Source: Candidatus Poriferihabitaceae bacterium (GTDB lineage: Bacteria > Pseudomonadota > Gammaproteobacteria > Arenicellales > Poriferihabitantaceae). From it: a stretch of 64,000 nucleotides of DNA. Below the pieces are notes generated by a model, which did not search any database, was not told where the DNA came from, and worked only from the letters and a program-made list of their open reading frames with translations. Positions 8,478 through 17,793 of the stretch are shown piece after piece. Each line of letters starts with the position of its first letter. Position 1 is the stretch's first letter. The stretch covers positions 376,729 to 440,728 of the forward strand of contig CBDFKV010000006.1 of NCBI GenBank assembly GCA_965249035.1. The letters are read 5' to 3'. Position numbers and translations under genes: made by a program.

Positions 8478-8500
8478 CAATAGGGTCAGACTCGATTGAT
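8478..8500. repeat. 23-bp inverted partner of the REP-like repeat
   Basis: caatagggtcagactcgattgat is the exact reverse complement of 7690-7712. It lacks the second hairpin arm. Confidence 0.85.
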
Positions 8501-8573
8501 ATTCATCCACGCACTGCATACCCCCGATGACACTAGAGATGATTGTACATCAGGGGCGGGAAGCTAGTCCAGT

Positions 8574-9457
8574 TCAGGCCGTGATCGTGTCGAGTGCCTG
8601 CTGATATTTATCGGCAGTGTGGTTAATGACCTCATCGGGTAGTTTCGGCCCGGGTGCGGTTTTATCCCAGTTCAGTGTTTCGAGGTGGTCGCGGACAAAC
8701 TGCTTGTCGAAGCTTGGCGGACTGGTACCGGTGGCATATTTCTCCGTAGGCCAGAAGCGGGATGAATCCGGGGTCAGTACTTCATCAAGTAAATACAACT
8801 TACCGTCATCGTCGAGTCCGAACTCGAATTTGGTATCGGCAATAATGATGCCTTTGGTGCGGGCATATTCAGAACCGTGCAGATAAATCTGAATACTCAG
8901 ATCACGCACTTTCTCAGCCAGTTTAGTGCCGATCATGTCGCACATGGTGGCGAAATCGATTTCTCATCGTGATCACCGACCGCTGCCTTGGTGGCGGGTG
9001 TAAAGATGGGTTCCGGTAATTGTGCAGCCATTTCCAGATCGGCAGGTAATTCGATGCCGCAAACAGCCCCGGTCGTCTGATAATCTTTCCAGCCAGAACC
9101 AATCAGGTAGCCGCGCACAACGGCTTCAACCGGTAACGGTTGTAAACGTTTGACTACGATGGCGCGTTCGCCTATTTCGGCACGTTCCACCGGTTTAGTG
9201 ATAACCGTTGTGAGGTCCAGATCGCTAAGGTGATTCGGTACGATACTAACGGTGCGGTCAAACCAGAAATTTGACAGCTTAGTCAGCACAGCGCCTTTAC
9301 CGGGAATCGGGTCAGGCAGAATGACGTCGAAGGCAGACAGGCGATCAGTGGTGACGATGAGTAAATGCTCATCATCCACGGAATAAATATCCCTGACTTT
9401 GCCCTGATTGATTTTTTCCAGACCAGATAAATTTGATTCGTAAAGTGCGCTGCTCAT
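8574..9457 (-). pseudogene. purC: SAICAR synthetase (long-form PurC) split by a 1-nt frameshift; may be a sequencing artefact
   Basis: The N-terminal ORF is 8933-9457 (KVRDIY...TDRLSAFD) and the C-terminal ORF is 8574-8945 (ADTKFEFG...LTPDSSRFW). Adding one A to the AAA run (plus-strand TTT at 8960-8962) restores ...[17 protein letters not shown]... in one frame. Confidence 0.85.
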
Positions 9458-9585
9458 AATAGATAGATTCGTTTTTAAGTTGTTTCTATTATTCGGCCCA
9501 AGAATCGTTGCTCAAGGGCCGGTACAGTAAACAGCATATTTTAGCCTTAAAATTAAAGGGATTAGCTACTAAGCAGTAGTCACAA

Positions 9586-10701
9586 CTAGTCCGATAACTC
9601 CACCGCGCGAAGATCAATAACTGCCTCCTCTGGGCTGACAGTATTAACATAAAACCCTGACCCGAGTTCAAAGCCGGTTGGAATACTGGTGCGTGGGGTA
9701 ATCTCTAAATGCCAGTGATAACTGCCTTCGTGCGCATCAAAGCGCCCCATATGCGGCAAGGTATGAATAAAATAATTGTACTGCACATTTCCCAGCACTG
9801 CATTCAGCCGCGCCATGGTGCGTTTCAGCACGCTGGAAAAGTCGGCTAAATCTTCCGGTGTTGCGTGCAAAAAATCGGCGCTATGGTCGAGCGGCAATAT
9901 ATGCACTTCCCATTCAAAGCGGCTAGCAAACGGCTTGATCGCAACAAATCGCTCACCACGCTCAACGATATACTGGCCCACGTCAATCTTGCGACGCACT
10001 TCACCCGAGCTTCGGTCGTAAATCGTTGCTTCAAACGACAGCGCTTCGTCAATCAGACTACAAAAAACGCACTGCCCCCGTTTATTATAAAACTCGTGAC
10101 TATTGGTCACTTCTAGATAGACGTTTTCTGGCACTACCGGTGTGGCAATTAACTGGCTGTGCGTGTGCGGAATACTGCTGCCGGCGGCGATACCATAATT
10201 TTTAAAAATCAGCACATATTTCAGTCGATCATCACGGTTATACAGCGTTTGCATCCGTGTTTGATAGGCACCGAACAACATTGCCAGATGGGCTGGCGAC
10301 ATTTCATGCAAAGCAATCCCATGGTTAGCATGGTCGATAATTACTTCGTGGCGGCCATAGCCTTCAATCGTTTGTTGCAGCCCAAAGCTATAGCTCTGGT
10401 CATTTTGATCATCGCCCAATACTGGATAGAGGTTTTCAACGATACGTACCGCCCAATCTTCATCCTTGCCTTCTGGCCAAGTGCGAATCGCGGGCGGGGT
10501 TTTGTATTCATTACCCCGACAAAACGGACAATTCTCGGCGTGCTCACGCGTATCTCGCTCAATCGCTTCTTCAGCGTTTTTCGGTCGCATTCCGCGCGCA
10601 GTCGCGATCAACACCGATTCTGATGGAACGATGGGGTCAATCCTGATTTCTCTAATGACGTTATCCCCTGAAACCGGGGTGGGCGCTTTGGCTTGTTTCA
10701 T
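9586..10701 (-). CDS. GalT-family (HIT-superfamily) nucleotidyltransferase / galactose-1-phosphate uridylyltransferase-like protein
   Basis: 371 aa. It has the Zn-site CPFCRGNE and the active-site HTHSQL (HxHxQ). The substrate is unknown. Confidence 0.6.
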   Translation of the reverse strand: MKQAKAPTPVSGDNVIREIRIDPIVPSESVLIATARGMRPKNAEEAIERDTREHAENCPFCRGNEYKTPPAIRTWPEGKDEDWAVRIVENLYPVLGDDQNDQSYSFGLQQTIEGYGRHEVIIDHANHGIALHEMSPAHLAMLFGAYQTRMQTLYNRDDRLKYVLIFKNYGIAAGSSIPHTHSQLIATPVVPENVYLEVTNSHEFYNKRGQCVFCSLIDEALSFEATIYDRSSGEVRRKIDVGQYIVERGERFVAIKPFASRFEWEVHILPLDHSADFLHATPEDLADFSSVLKRTMARLNAVLGNVQYNYFIHTLPHMGRFDAHEGSYHWHLEITPRTSIPTGFELGSGFYVNTVSPEEAVIDLRAVELSD

Positions 10702-10802
10702 CAGCTACTCCGCTATGACAGGCGGCTATTAGACGCCTTGTCGCCAGGTAGCGCGAGCTAAAAGTTTTAATGCACCAAGAAGTTACGATTGGCAGTTTCG
10801 CG

Positions 10803-10828
10803 GCGCTATCTATCTGCGCTATCTATCT
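10803..10828. repeat. 2 x 13-bp direct repeat gcgctatctatct in an intergenic region
   Basis: Read directly from the sequence. The function is unknown. Confidence 0.6.
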
Positions 10829-10956
10829 GAAGGCATTGCTAAAGAGCCGCATCAGATTCCTGCCCAATGGCTCTTGCACTTGCCTAAAATCAGTGCATTA
10901 ATTTGATTCAGATTCAAGATAAGCATTCGTCGAACCCACCAATTATTGTGAATGCC

Positions 10957-10993
10957 ATAAAAAATCGCGCTGGCTGTATCTATCCAGCGCGAT
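10957..10993 (-). terminator. Rho-independent terminator downstream of xsc
   Basis: A 10-bp stem, atcgcgctgg / ccagcgcgat, is followed on the - strand by a T-run (plus-strand aaaaaa). It lies about 30 nt after the xsc stop. Confidence 0.65.
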
Positions 10994-11020
10994 TGCAAGC
11001 CAATGCAAAGCTTGATTAGC

Positions 11021-12790
11021 TTATTGCTGCTTCATATCGCTAGCGTCAATCCCAGCAACAGCAACGGGCGTTTTCATTGCATCTCGACGGAACGGCTCAC
11101 CCAGTTCCTGATTGAGGACCACTTCAATGAAGGTGGTAACATTATCATCCATCTGCGCTGCGACCGCCGTATTAAGCGCGGCTGTGAGATGCTCTGCCGT
11201 TTGTACCTGGACGCCTTTGGCACCACACGCCTCTGCAATCTTGGCGTATTCAACGTCAAGGTCAAGCTCTGTGCCAACAAAGTTGTCGTTATACCAGAGC
11301 GTTGTATTACGCTTCTCCGCGCCCCATTGATAATTGCGAAAGATGACCATGGTAATGGCTGGCCAATCATCACGACCACAAGAGGTCATCTCATTCATTG
11401 AAATACCGAATGCACCATCACCCGCGAACCCAACTACCGGCACATCGGGTCGGCCAATTTTTGCACCAAGAATAGCGGGGAACCCGTATCCACAGGGGCC
11501 GAATAATCCTGGGGCTAAGTATTTTCGGCCTTCTTCAAAACTTGGATAGGCGTTACCAATCGCGCAATTGTTACCAATATCAGATGATATCGTTGCTTCT
11601 TTAGGCAGAGCTTCCATAATAGCGCGCCAGGCTTTTCTAGGAGATAAATGTTCTGGCTGACGATCACGACTACGTTGATTCCAGGTGGTGCCCGGATCAT
11701 CATCTTCATGATCCATCGTCACCAATTCCTTGGCCCAATCAGCTTTGGTTTTTTCAATGAGATTGAGACGAGATTGGCGATTTTTATCACCAGCGGTGTC
11801 AGACAGCTGTAATAAAAGCTGCTCAGCAACTAGGCGGGCATCCCCTTGGATAGCGACATCGACCTTTTTGGTCAGACCAATGCGACTGGAATTAATATCC
11901 ACCTGAATAATGCTCGCCTCTCTAGGCCAGTAGTCGATGCCGTAGCCTGGCAGCGTTGAAAATGGATTGAGACGATTGCCCAATGCCAATACAACATCAG
12001 CTTTGGAAATTAACTCCATCGCAGCCTTTGAGCCGTTATAGCCAAGCGGGCCTGCGGCTAGCGGATGCGAGCCAGGGAAAGCATCGTTATGTTGATAGTT
12101 ACAACACACCGTTGCTGATAACCGTTCTGCTAATGCTTTGGATGCCTCAATTGCATCAGCAAGAATGACGCCTGCACCGTTAAGGATGACCGGAAAATTG
12201 GCCTCAGATAACAATTTTGCTGCGGCAGCAATCGCAGCCGCTCCACCGGGCGAGCGCTCCAGCCTTACGATTTGCGGCAGCTCGATATCGACTACCTGGG
12301 TCCAAAAATCTCGGGGAACATTAATTTGTGCAGGAGCGGAACCACGCCATGCATTTTCAATCACCCGGTTGAGCACTTCGGCGATACGAGTCGGATCGCG
12401 CACCTCTTCCTGATAGCAGACCATGTCCTGAAATAGAGCCATCTGTTCAATTTCCTGAAAACCACCTTGGCCGATAGTCTTATTGGCTGCCTGCGGAGTG
12501 ACCAACAACAAAGGGGTATGGTTCCAATAGGCCGTTTTTATCGGAGTTACCAAGTTGGTAATGCCGGGGCCATTCTGAGAAATCACCATACTCATCTTGC
12601 CTGTTGCACGGGTAAAACCGTCAGCACTCATGCCCGCATTGCATTCATGGGCACAATCCCAAAATTTGATCCCTGCGGCAGGAAACAGATCTGAAATCGG
12701 CATCATAGCAGAGCCAATGATGCCAAATGATTGATCAATCCCGTGCATTTGTAGCACTTTGATGAACGCTTCTTCAGTGGTCATTTTCAT
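11021..12790 (-). CDS. xsc: Sulfoacetaldehyde acetyltransferase (TPP-dependent)
   Basis: 589 aa. The N-terminus is MKMTTEEAFIKVLQMHGID..FGIIGSA.MPISDLF, followed by WNHTPLLLVTPQAANKTIGQGGFQE and the TPP motif GDGAFG...N. This matches my memory of Xsc rather than generic ALS. Confidence 0.8.
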   Translation of the reverse strand: MKMTTEEAFIKVLQMHGIDQSFGIIGSAMMPISDLFPAAGIKFWDCAHECNAGMSADGFTRATGKMSMVISQNGPGITNLVTPIKTAYWNHTPLLLVTPQAANKTIGQGGFQEIEQMALFQDMVCYQEEVRDPTRIAEVLNRVIENAWRGSAPAQINVPRDFWTQVVDIELPQIVRLERSPGGAAAIAAAAKLLSEANFPVILNGAGVILADAIEASKALAERLSATVCCNYQHNDAFPGSHPLAAGPLGYNGSKAAMELISKADVVLALGNRLNPFSTLPGYGIDYWPREASIIQVDINSSRIGLTKKVDVAIQGDARLVAEQLLLQLSDTAGDKNRQSRLNLIEKTKADWAKELVTMDHEDDDPGTTWNQRSRDRQPEHLSPRKAWRAIMEALPKEATISSDIGNNCAIGNAYPSFEEGRKYLAPGLFGPCGYGFPAILGAKIGRPDVPVVGFAGDGAFGISMNEMTSCGRDDWPAITMVIFRNYQWGAEKRNTTLWYNDNFVGTELDLDVEYAKIAEACGAKGVQVQTAEHLTAALNTAVAAQMDDNVTTFIEVVLNQELGEPFRRDAMKTPVAVAGIDASDMKQQ

Positions 12791-12961
12791 GGTGGTTTCT
12801 CCTCGATATTAGGTGGTCTGTCTAGGTGGTCAGCTCAGTGCTGTTCTTTATGAAAGCCAGGAATAATCTAGCCTTCAAGCCATCTCGTCGGTTGTAATCA
12901 CTGATTTACCCAGCAGAAATGGAATAAAATCGATATTAAACGTCTCGATTTTAAAAGTCAA

Positions 12962-12975
12962 TGCATTGCAATGCA
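12962..12975. promoter_or_regulatory. Perfect 14-bp palindrome TGCATTGCAATGCA in the xsc / iclR-type divergent intergenic region; candidate operator
   Basis: The palindrome is seen directly. The operator assignment is inference. Confidence 0.3.
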
Positions 12976-13093
12976 GAAAAACATCGTAAATTGAGATATA
13001 TTAGACCATTGCCATGCGGATAGTTATTCGGCAGATTCGCGCTGAGTAGTTGAGATTTATCCGCACATACACCCTAGAAAGGTTTAAATAATT

Positions 13094-13864
13094 ATGAAAG
13101 ATGGTAGTACCCAGTCGACTTTGATCCGCGGTTTTTTGATCGCTGAGACCATTGTGCAGGCTGATCGTCCGGTATCAAGCGCCTTCCTGGCTGAAGAGCT
13201 CAGCCTTCCGAAAGCAACGGTTCATCGTATAGCTCAGCAACTTGAGGAAGAAGGTTTAATCCAGCGGGAGCCTGGCGGAAAGCGGTTTACCGGCGGAAAA
13301 CGACTGCGTAATCTGGCGATGTCGACCCTGTCCAACTCAGTGCTCAACGCCCATCGCACTTCCATACTGCAAGCCTTGTCGGAGGAAGTGGGCGAGACCT
13401 GCAATCTAACGGTGCTGGAAGGTAACGAGATCGTTTATTTGGACCGTATCGAGACCAACTGGCCCTATCGTATTCATTTACCGATTGGCTCACACTTGCC
13501 TTTGCATTGCACAGCAACAGGCAAGTTATTTCTTGCCCATATGAAACCAGCAGCACGCCAGCGTATGATCGAAAGCCTTACATTAACCCGTCATACCGAG
13601 CAAACCATTACAGAAGTCGATGTACTGGATGAACAATTGCACAAAATTGCCGCCGAAGGCGTTGGTGAAGACAATGGCGAGTATCTTGACGGCTTGGTAT
13701 CTCTGGCGGTACCAGTGATTGGTGAAAACAAGCAAATTTGCTTTGCTATCGCTATTCACGCACCCTCGGTACGCAAATCACTCAGCGAGCTGCGCCAATA
13801 TCTACCCGCACTGCGTTATGCTGCGGGGCGGTTAGCCGCCACAGAATGTACCCACCTAGATTAG
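13094..13864 (+). CDS. IclR-family transcriptional regulator
   Basis: 256 aa. It has an N-terminal wHTH (LSLPKATVHRIAQQLEEEGLI) and a C-terminal IclR effector domain pattern (PLHCTATGK). Confidence 0.85.
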   Translation: MKDGSTQSTLIRGFLIAETIVQADRPVSSAFLAEELSLPKATVHRIAQQLEEEGLIQREPGGKRFTGGKRLRNLAMSTLSNSVLNAHRTSILQALSEEVGETCNLTVLEGNEIVYLDRIETNWPYRIHLPIGSHLPLHCTATGKLFLAHMKPAARQRMIESLTLTRHTEQTITEVDVLDEQLHKIAAEGVGEDNGEYLDGLVSLAVPVIGENKQICFAIAIHAPSVRKSLSELRQYLPALRYAAGRLAATECTHLD

Positions 13865-14326
13865 AACACCAACAGGGCTCACTCGACCCGGGGTTGAGCA
13901 GTAGCTTATCGCAATTTAGCTACTTTTCCAGATCACCGCAATTTCCTTATCACCGTCTCAGGCAGAGTTCCTGTGGCTCGGGACAAAGAAATACGAAACA
14001 AAATCAAAGTGCTGTTGGATCAAAAGGGCATTGCGTTCCCGGTTAGATCCGTCATTGACCACAGGCAATTCAATGAGGGGACGCTAGGTTTTCATAGTCT
14101 CCGGTGTTGGGATGTAACAACCCAGGAACGTTAGAAAATTCAATTGTAACGTTGGGTTCCTTCGGGTACTCCACTTCGTTGCGCGCACCTCAACCTAGGT
14201 GTTATAAAGAACCGGATACCACAGTATCCAGTTTTTGAACAACCTGATATCGTAAAATTTAACCAGTCGTATCCATAACAACAGGCGGCAACTCTTAATC
14301 CAGGAAATTTGGTGAAATAGCAAATA

Positions 14327-15580
14327 ATGGAACTCAACACTGCATGGCAATTTGGCGTCGCTCTTGGGCTGGGGATGCTCATTGGGCTGGAACGTGAACG
14401 CACTCGTGGCGATGAACAAGCATTCGCCGGAGTCAGAACTTTTTCGTTGATAGCATTACTCGGTGCTGCAGCTGTGTATGCCGGAGAGCAGTCCGGCTTG
14501 CCTTGGATTGTTGGCTTGGTATTTCTTGCGGTTGTGGCGCTGGTAGTGGCGGCTTACTACGTCACGTCTAAAAAAGGCTATATCGGTGCTACCACTGAAG
14601 TCTCCGTACTCATCACCTTTTTCATCGGTGGGATGTGCGTCTGGGACCAAGTCGACGTTGCAGGTGCTATCGCGGTGATCGTCATGCTACTGCTTGCGCT
14701 AAAGGGCTGGCTGCATAACCTCGCGGGGCGGATTGAAGCTTCGGACGTCGAAGCGACACTTAAATTCGCCATCATCACCCTGATCATTCTACCGCTGGTG
14801 CCGAACACCAATTTTGGGCCGCCGGGGCTTGAGGTCATCAATCCCTACAAAACCTGGTTGATGGTGGTGTTGATCGCTGGTCTTAATTTTGCCGGCTACA
14901 TTCTGGTTAAGGTTGTGGGTCGAGAACATGGGCTGGGGATCACCGGACTGCTGGGCGGCTTGGTATCCAGCACAGCCGTCACCTTGAGCTTTTCCCAACG
15001 CAGCCGAACTGAACCTAATCTCGCTCCCGTTCTGGCCCTGGCGATTTTGTTGGCCTGGACAGTGATGTTTTTTCGTGTAGTTATCGAAGTGGGCGTAGTC
15101 AACCTATCACTAGCTAAGAACCTAGCCTTGGGAATGGTGCTGATGGGCGCGGTCAGCCTCGCGATCTGCTTACTGCTGTGGCGACGTGGGCGCAACGAAG
15201 AACGAGCCGAAGTGGAATCTGGGCATAATCCATTCGAGCTAGGTGATGCCATCAAGTTTGGCGTGCTATTTGCAGTAGTTATTTTCGTCGCCCGTGCTGC
15301 CCAAGTCTATTTTGGCGATAACGGTTTGTATCTGGCCGGAGCGCTGGCAGGTTTAACCGATGTCGACGCAATTGCATTATCAATGGCCAATCTCGCCCAG
15401 CAAGACCCCAGCAGCTCGGCAGCGGCTGCTCGTACTATTGTCATCGCAGTCATTTCCAATACGATGGTCAAGTGCGGCATGGCTATCTGGCTTGGCGCTG
15501 CAGCCATGCGCCGGACGATGATTCCCATCACTGCAGTGCTCGCACTAGCCGGAGCAGGTGCCACTTATTTAGTGGGCTAA
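14327..15580 (+). CDS. MgtC/SapB-family membrane protein with a DUF4010-type C-terminal domain
   Basis: 417 aa and polytopic. The N-terminus GLGMLIGLERE...GVRTF is the MgtC-like signature. Confidence 0.65.
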   Translation: MELNTAWQFGVALGLGMLIGLERERTRGDEQAFAGVRTFSLIALLGAAAVYAGEQSGLPWIVGLVFLAVVALVVAAYYVTSKKGYIGATTEVSVLITFFIGGMCVWDQVDVAGAIAVIVMLLLALKGWLHNLAGRIEASDVEATLKFAIITLIILPLVPNTNFGPPGLEVINPYKTWLMVVLIAGLNFAGYILVKVVGREHGLGITGLLGGLVSSTAVTLSFSQRSRTEPNLAPVLALAILLAWTVMFFRVVIEVGVVNLSLAKNLALGMVLMGAVSLAICLLLWRRGRNEERAEVESGHNPFELGDAIKFGVLFAVVIFVARAAQVYFGDNGLYLAGALAGLTDVDAIALSMANLAQQDPSSSAAAARTIVIAVISNTMVKCGMAIWLGAAAMRRTMIPITAVLALAGAGATYLVG

Positions 15581-16566
15581 ACTGCGCCTACCGATCTTTT
15601 TCTCAGAGACGAAGGCGGGAAACCAAATTCTTGCTGAAACACAGAGGAGAAATGAGCGGGATTGACAAACCCGGCTGCCATACCAATTTCAGTGCCTGAC
15701 AGCGTAGATTTGCTCAACAAATCGTGCGCTTTAGCTAGCCGCAAGCTGCGATAAAACCGCATCGTAGTCTGCCCCATTTCTTGTTGGAACAAGCGATTGA
15801 TCTGGCGCGTGCTAACACCAGATAATTGAGCGATTTGTGTCAAGTCTAAGGGATCGGCAATATGATTTTCCATTGCCTCAATCGCTAAAATAATCGACTG
15901 CTTATTGGTTGCGTAGCGCTGTGCTAAACCCGCTCGCTGAGGCCCTCCAGAGGGCCGAATCTCTGTATGCATAAACCAATCGCTCACACGCCTGGCAAAG
16001 CTTGGGCCATGATGTTCGGCCAATAGTGAGTGCATCATATCAAGCGGCGCGACCCCGCCTGCGCAGGTCATTCGGTCTCGGTCGATCACGTACAAAGAGC
16101 GTTCAAGCATCAGTTTCGGCATACGCTCTGCGAATGCCGCTGCATGTTCCCAATGTACCGTCAAGCGTCGCCCTGTCATAACTCCAGCCAAACCTAAAAT
16201 TACGGGTCCACCGGAGACCCCACCTAATTTCACTCCGTCTCGGGCAAGATGTCGCAACCACTCAAATACGGTCTTGTTATCGAACCTAATTGGATCACCG
16301 CCCGCCACAACCAGCACTAAATCAAAATCACTCGATTCACCAAGTGCTATTGACGCGGGTACGTAGGCGCCGCTAGAGCTAACGCTGTGATCTCCTGCTG
16401 CGGCGATATGATGAATCGAATAGATCGTTTTATTCGCGATTAGATTGGCCGCGCGCAACGGTTCGATTGCGGCTGAATAAGACATCAGTGCAAACCCATC
16501 AACCATCAAAAAGCCAACCCTGAATGGTTGATCCGTTGCGCCGGCGTAGGGCGACCTAGCCGCCAT
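15577..16566 (-). CDS. GlxA-type (DJ-1/PfpI + AraC HTH) transcriptional regulator
   Basis: 329 aa. It has an N-terminal GATase1-like domain and a C-terminal AraC HTH (GFVNPAHFSSVFQQEFG). Its start overlaps the stop of the upstream gene. Confidence 0.85.
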   Translation of the reverse strand: MAARSPYAGATDQPFRVGFLMVDGFALMSYSAAIEPLRAANLIANKTIYSIHHIAAAGDHSVSSSGAYVPASIALGESSDFDLVLVVAGGDPIRFDNKTVFEWLRHLARDGVKLGGVSGGPVILGLAGVMTGRRLTVHWEHAAAFAERMPKLMLERSLYVIDRDRMTCAGGVAPLDMMHSLLAEHHGPSFARRVSDWFMHTEIRPSGGPQRAGLAQRYATNKQSIILAIEAMENHIADPLDLTQIAQLSGVSTRQINRLFQQEMGQTTMRFYRSLRLAKAHDLLSKSTLSGTEIGMAAGFVNPAHFSSVFQQEFGFPPSSLRKRSVGAV

Positions 16567-17755
16567 CGATTAACTGTTGGTAAATCGTTGGATCGGTTGC
16601 GCCCTCAGTGCCGAGTAGCAGAATGACGCTGTCCTGATCCAGTTCGAGGTGTTTAGCCATTTCAGGGTTTTGAGCAACCACCAAAAATCCCGCTAAACCA
16701 GCTACCGCAGACTCGCCCGCGACCACGGTGTGTGCTTGTGTAGCCAGCAATCGCATTGCGGGGGCGACTAATTCATCGGTGATCGTCATATAGGCGTGAC
16801 AACTGGCTTTTAATACTTCCCACGCTAAGATAGATGGCTCTCCGCACGATAAACCCGCCATCAACGTTTCTTGTTCAATCTCAACCGCAGTTGCCTCACC
16901 ACTGACAGCGCTTTGATACAAACACGCCGCCCACTCAGGCTCAACTATCACCATCTTAGGGCGATTCTCACCCATTTGTTGCCAGCAATAGGCACACACC
17001 GATGCTGCCAAACCACCCACCCCCCCCTGTATAAAAACGTGGGTAATGGTCTGGTCGTGCTGTAATTGAGCAAATACTTCATTCATCATCACGCTATACC
17101 CGGCCATCACGTACTGCGGGATTTCAACGTAACCGGGATAAGTCGTATCCGATACAACGATCCACCCATGCTTAGCGGCATCTACTTCGGCTAACCGCAC
17201 CGAGTCATCATAGTCGCCCTCGATTCGAACCACTGTTGCACCTAAATCTCGCATTGCTTGGGCACGAAACTCGCTCACTTCGGCATGCACATAAATCCGG
17301 CAGGGGCAACCAAATCGCTGCGCACCCCAAGCAACCGAGCGGCCATGATTACCATCTGTGGCGGTTACGACCGTAACCTGGCTGGCGGCGTGTTGAAAGG
17401 CACCACTGGCAAGCTCCTCGCTGCTCGGCGTTTTACCGGTGCGTTCTTTGATGGCAGCTTGCAAAACCCGAAACACTGCGTAAGCGCCGCCTAAGGCTTT
17501 GAAACTGCCCAGACCAAAACGCTCAGCCTCATCTTTATATAGCACTTCAGAAACACCGGTTTGCTCGGCAATCTCCTGCAAGCCACGAAGCGGCGTTGGG
17601 TTATATCCAGGCCAAGTGCTGATTTCTTGACCAGCTGCTGCCATTGCTTCTGGGTTGAGTAAGGCCGCCAGCTCAGCAGGATAATGCGAGCTTGCTGCAC
17701 AATGCTTGCTCATTTTAAAGCCAACCTGCCTATGCTTAAATAGTTTAGGTATCAC
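16556..17755 (-). CDS. Diaminopropionate ammonia-lyase-like PLP (fold type II) enzyme
   Basis: 399 aa. The block YKDEAERFGLGSFKALGGAYAV (PLP-Lys region) resembles YgeX/DpaL. An alternative start is at 17713. Confidence 0.65.
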   Translation of the reverse strand: MIPKLFKHRQVGFKMSKHCAASSHYPAELAALLNPEAMAAAGQEISTWPGYNPTPLRGLQEIAEQTGVSEVLYKDEAERFGLGSFKALGGAYAVFRVLQAAIKERTGKTPSSEELASGAFQHAASQVTVVTATDGNHGRSVAWGAQRFGCPCRIYVHAEVSEFRAQAMRDLGATVVRIEGDYDDSVRLAEVDAAKHGWIVVSDTTYPGYVEIPQYVMAGYSVMMNEVFAQLQHDQTITHVFIQGGVGGLAASVCAYCWQQMGENRPKMVIVEPEWAACLYQSAVSGEATAVEIEQETLMAGLSCGEPSILAWEVLKASCHAYMTITDELVAPAMRLLATQAHTVVAGESAVAGLAGFLVVAQNPEMAKHLELDQDSVILLLGTEGATDPTIYQQLIDGG

Positions 17756-17793
17756 CTATAACCTCTTTATTAAAAACAAAATATATCAAACCA

